Shown here: in pieces, positions 42,844 to 45,153 of the stretch
Numbering within the stretch: the stretch's first letter is position 1
Layout: each line of letters opens with the position of its first letter
IMG/VR virus record: IMGVR_UViG_3300032373_000030
Coordinates: 1-45,153 of that record
Length of the DNA: 45,153 nt
Source: a virus
Taxonomy: Duplodnaviria > Caudoviricetes
Reading direction: 5' to 3' (one strand)
Program-made: the position numbers and the translations under genes
Notes under the pieces: model-generated
What the model saw: the letters and a program-made list of their open reading frames with translations, nothing else
The model's database searches: none
What the model was told of the DNA's origin: nothing

Positions 42844-45153
42844 TGGTCGACGTCCCATCCATCGACGCGACGCCCCCGGACGACACCGGGGCTCCCATGC
42901 GCGGCCTGCAGGCGGCGATGAAGCGGTCGCTCACGCTCGCGCAGCAGCACGACCCGGACCAGCGTGCCCGCGAGGTGCGGATCGGTCAGCAGCGCGGGAT
43001 TAGCCCGGACGCCGTGCATTCGGTGTTCGAGAGCGCGGACACGCACCGCAAGGCGCTGCTCGAGGACGACCCGTTCGACAAGCTCGTCAGGGGCTCGCGT
43101 GCGGCGCAAGCGTGGATGGCCGACCCGTCTAACGCTGCGGTGGCGCGGGACGACGTAGATGGCGTCCTGGGCGTCTCCAGCGCTCTTCTGGGGCTTGGGT
43201 CGAGCCGGTCGTGGTTCGGCGACGTGGGCGGGGCGACACAGGCGGGCTTCATCGGCCTGCAGTCGACGGCCGGTCACCTGGCCGTGGCCCTCGGCATGGT
43301 GCAGCCAGAGGACGTCGTGGGCGCCATCGCGCAGGCGAATCTGCGCGTTCAGGAAGACCAGCGGAACCGCAGTCACGCGACGAAGCTGTATTTCCAGCGG
43401 CTCGAGCAGGCGAGCACGCTCGGGGTGATCCCGACGGCTTTGTCGGACCCGGCCGGGCTCGCGGTGCTGGTGGCTGAGAACTTGGGGTTCAGTGCGCCGA
43501 CGCTGGCCTTGGGCGCGGCAGGCTCGGCGGCAGGCGCGAAGGCAGGGCTCGCTTTTGGCGCCGCAGGCGGACCACATTTCGCTGCGGCGACCACCGCGAT
43601 AGGCTCCGCTGGCGGTTTCGCGGCGGGTGCGTTCACCGGCAGCATGGCGACCGAGTTCGGCGCATGGGTGAACCAAGCCATCGGCGAGGCTGGATACGAT
43701 CCGACGAACCCGGAATCGCTGCTGGAGGCGTACAGCGACCCGGAGTTGATGGGGCGAATCCAGGGCGAGGCGGCGCGCAAGGGCTTCGGCACGGCGCTGG
43801 TGGACACCCTGTCGACGTTCGTGGCTGGCAAGTGGCTGGCGGGGGCGCGCGGGCGTGGTTTCGTGGCAAAGGCCGCAGCGACAGGCAAGGACGTGGGTGT
43901 GCAGTCCTTGGGCGAGATCGCCAGCGAGGCGGCCGGCAAGGGTCTTGCGCTTGGCGAGTTGAAGCCCGAGGACTGGAAGGACGCGATGCTCGAGGGCGTG
44001 GCGTCGCTGGGCCAGTCGGGCGGCGAGATCGCGATTGGCGCGTCGATCCGCAAGTCTGGCCAGGCGGTGCAGTCGATCCAGGATGCGGCCTCGGTTCGCA
44101 ATGCCGTGGAGGCGTGGCGCAACAGCAAGACAGGCAAGCGGGTCCCCGAAGCTTTGCGTGACCTCATGGACCGCGAGGTGGCGGACCAGGACCCGGAGGT
44201 GCGGGCGGCGTACGTTGACCGGAACGTGTGGGACGCCTACCACCGTGAGCGCGGCGAGAACCCGCAGGAGGCGGCCACGGCGATCCTCGGGTCCGAGACC
44301 CTGGGGCAGATGCGCTACCGCGATGCGGGGCGGACGGGTTTTCTGGAGTTCCCGCTGTCTTCGTGGGTGGAGGCGCTGGCTGATACGCCGCAGTTCGAGG
44401 AGATGCTGCGCCTTGCCCGCTACAGGCCGCGTGGCAACACCTTGGCCGAACTAGAGGTGCTGGCCGATGAGGGCGGCGGCGAGCTTGCACAGTCGATGCG
44501 CGCGGAGCTTGAGCGCGGCGTGACGATGTTCCAGGAGGAGCGTCGGCTGCGCGAGGAAGCGGAGCGCGTGGACGCCGAGATCGCGGCGATGGAGGGCGAG
44601 GGTGAGCAGAATGCCGAGGCGCTGGCCGGGTCCGTGGAACGTGGGGGCGACGGTGCGGATGACGGAGCCGGGGGCGGACTTCCAGGGGCGGTGCTGGATG
44701 GGGATGCCGCAGAGGGTGCCGCCGTACAGGCCGGCGCGGAGACTGAGGCTTCCGCGACGGCGAGGCTAGACGCGCTGCGGCAGCGTCGCGCGGAGATCGA
44801 CACGACGCTGGCGGATCTGCCGGAGCGGTCAACGCCGACGGCGGCGTCGGAGCGGCTGCGCGAGGGCGTGCGCGAGCAGCTGGTGACGGCCGGGCGGTCG
44901 GAGTCCGACGCGCCGCTGATGGCCGACATGCTGGTGGGGGCGTACGAGACGCTGGCCGCGCGTGTGGGGACGACGGTCGAGGATCTGTGGCGCCGCTTCC
45001 CGGTGTCGTTCCGGCGCGCGGGCGAGGCGATTGACCGTGGGCTGACGACGCTGTTCCACCCGGCGTACCACGGGACGCCGCACCGCTTCGACGAGTTCTC
45101 GCTGCACGCGATTGGCACGGGCGAGGGGGCGCAGGCGTACGGGTGGGGGCTGT
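42843..45153 (+). CDS. N-terminal part of the giant polyvalent internal virion protein (continues at base 1; about 2,763 aa in total); missed by the ORF track
   Basis: ATG at 42843 is TGATG-coupled. I translated the frame by hand with no stop up to 45027, where it joins frame 1 of base 1. Contains WMADPSNAAVARDD, a Gly/Ala-rich hydrophobic segment and SKTGKRVPEALRDL (LPD22-like). Confidence 0.88.
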   Translation, partial: MVDVPSIDATPPDDTGAPMRGLQAAMKRSLTLAQQHDPDQRAREVRIGQQRGISPDAVHSVFESADTHRKALLEDDPFDKLVRGSRAAQAWMADPSNAAVARDDVDGVLGVSSALLGLGSSRSWFGDVGGATQAGFIGLQSTAGHLAVALGMVQPEDVVGAIAQANLRVQEDQRNRSHATKLYFQRLEQASTLGVIPTALSDPAGLAVLVAENLGFSAPTLALGAAGSAAGAKAGLAFGAAGGPHFAAATTAIGSAGGFAAGAFTGSMATEFGAWVNQAIGEAGYDPTNPESLLEAYSDPELMGRIQGEAARKGFGTALVDTLSTFVAGKWLAGARGRGFVAKAAATGKDVGVQSLGEIASEAAGKGLALGELKPEDWKDAMLEGVASLGQSGGEIAIGASIRKSGQAVQSIQDAASVRNAVEAWRNSKTGKRVPEALRDLMDREVADQDPEVRAAYVDRNVWDAYHRERGENPQEAATAILGSETLGQMRYRDAGRTGFLEFPLSSWVEALADTPQFEEMLRLARYRPRGNTLAELEVLADEGGGELAQSMRAELERGVTMFQEERRLREEAERVDAEIAAMEGEGEQNAEALAGSVERGGDGADDGAGGGLPGAVLDGDAAEGAAVQAGAETEASATARLDALRQRRAEIDTTLADLPERSTPTAASERLREGVREQLVTAGRSESDAPLMADMLVGAYETLAARVGTTVEDLWRRFPVSFRRAGEAIDRGLTTLFHPAYHGTPHRFDEFSLHAIGTGEGAQAYGWGL
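45027..45153. repeat. Terminal direct repeat, copy 2
   Basis: Identical to bases 1-127. Confidence 0.95.

Noticed and set aside
45027-45153. 127-bp terminal repeat as a biological DTR
   Set aside because: It lies mid-gene and matches a common assembler k-mer length, so it is best read as circular overlap.
1-45153. CRISPR array, tRNA genes, integrase/att site, IS elements
   Set aside because: I recognised no spaced repeat array, cloverleaf, recombinase or transposase motifs by eye. A computational scan would be needed to exclude them fully.

Overview
The window is a complete, circularly assembled, GC-rich (roughly 70% by eye) podovirus genome of 45,026 bp. Bases 1-127 are repeated exactly at 45027-45153. 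Gene order resembles epsilon15/BPP-1-type podoviruses. The + strand arm (about 23.7 kb, through the contig junction, to 10.6 kb) encodes TerS, TerL, a GNAT, three small pre-portal proteins, portal, an alpha/beta-hydrolase, a Bbp19-like protein, scaffold, major capsid protein, a Bbp16-like cement protein, tail tubular A and B, two internal virion proteins, a roughly 2,763-aa polyvalent injected protein split by the contig ends, a beta-helix tailspike and a membrane/lysis-type cluster. The - strand arm (about 23.6 kb down to 10.5 kb) encodes an ERF annealase, a YqaJ exonuclease, a RuvC-like resolvase, a DUF1376-type replication initiator with an internal origin-like tract, a helicase loader-like protein and many small mosaic accessory genes. 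It ends in a candidate DNA-modification cassette: two divergent PAPS-reductase-family (PP-loop) proteins, a 28-aa zinc-ribbon microprotein and a C5-cytosine-methyltransferase-like protein lacking the normal SAM-binding motif I. I recognised no integrase, polymerase, reverse transcriptase, tRNA, CRISPR array or canonical endolysin. The best leads are: (1) the PP-loop plus atypical C5-MTase cassette; (2) three ART-like modules in a cassette slot of the injected protein; (3) an RNA hairpin with compensatory base changes shared by two distant intergenic regions; (4) a duplicated late-operon regulatory element; (5) an esterase placed in the head module. All family assignments come from motif recognition by eye, not from database searches.
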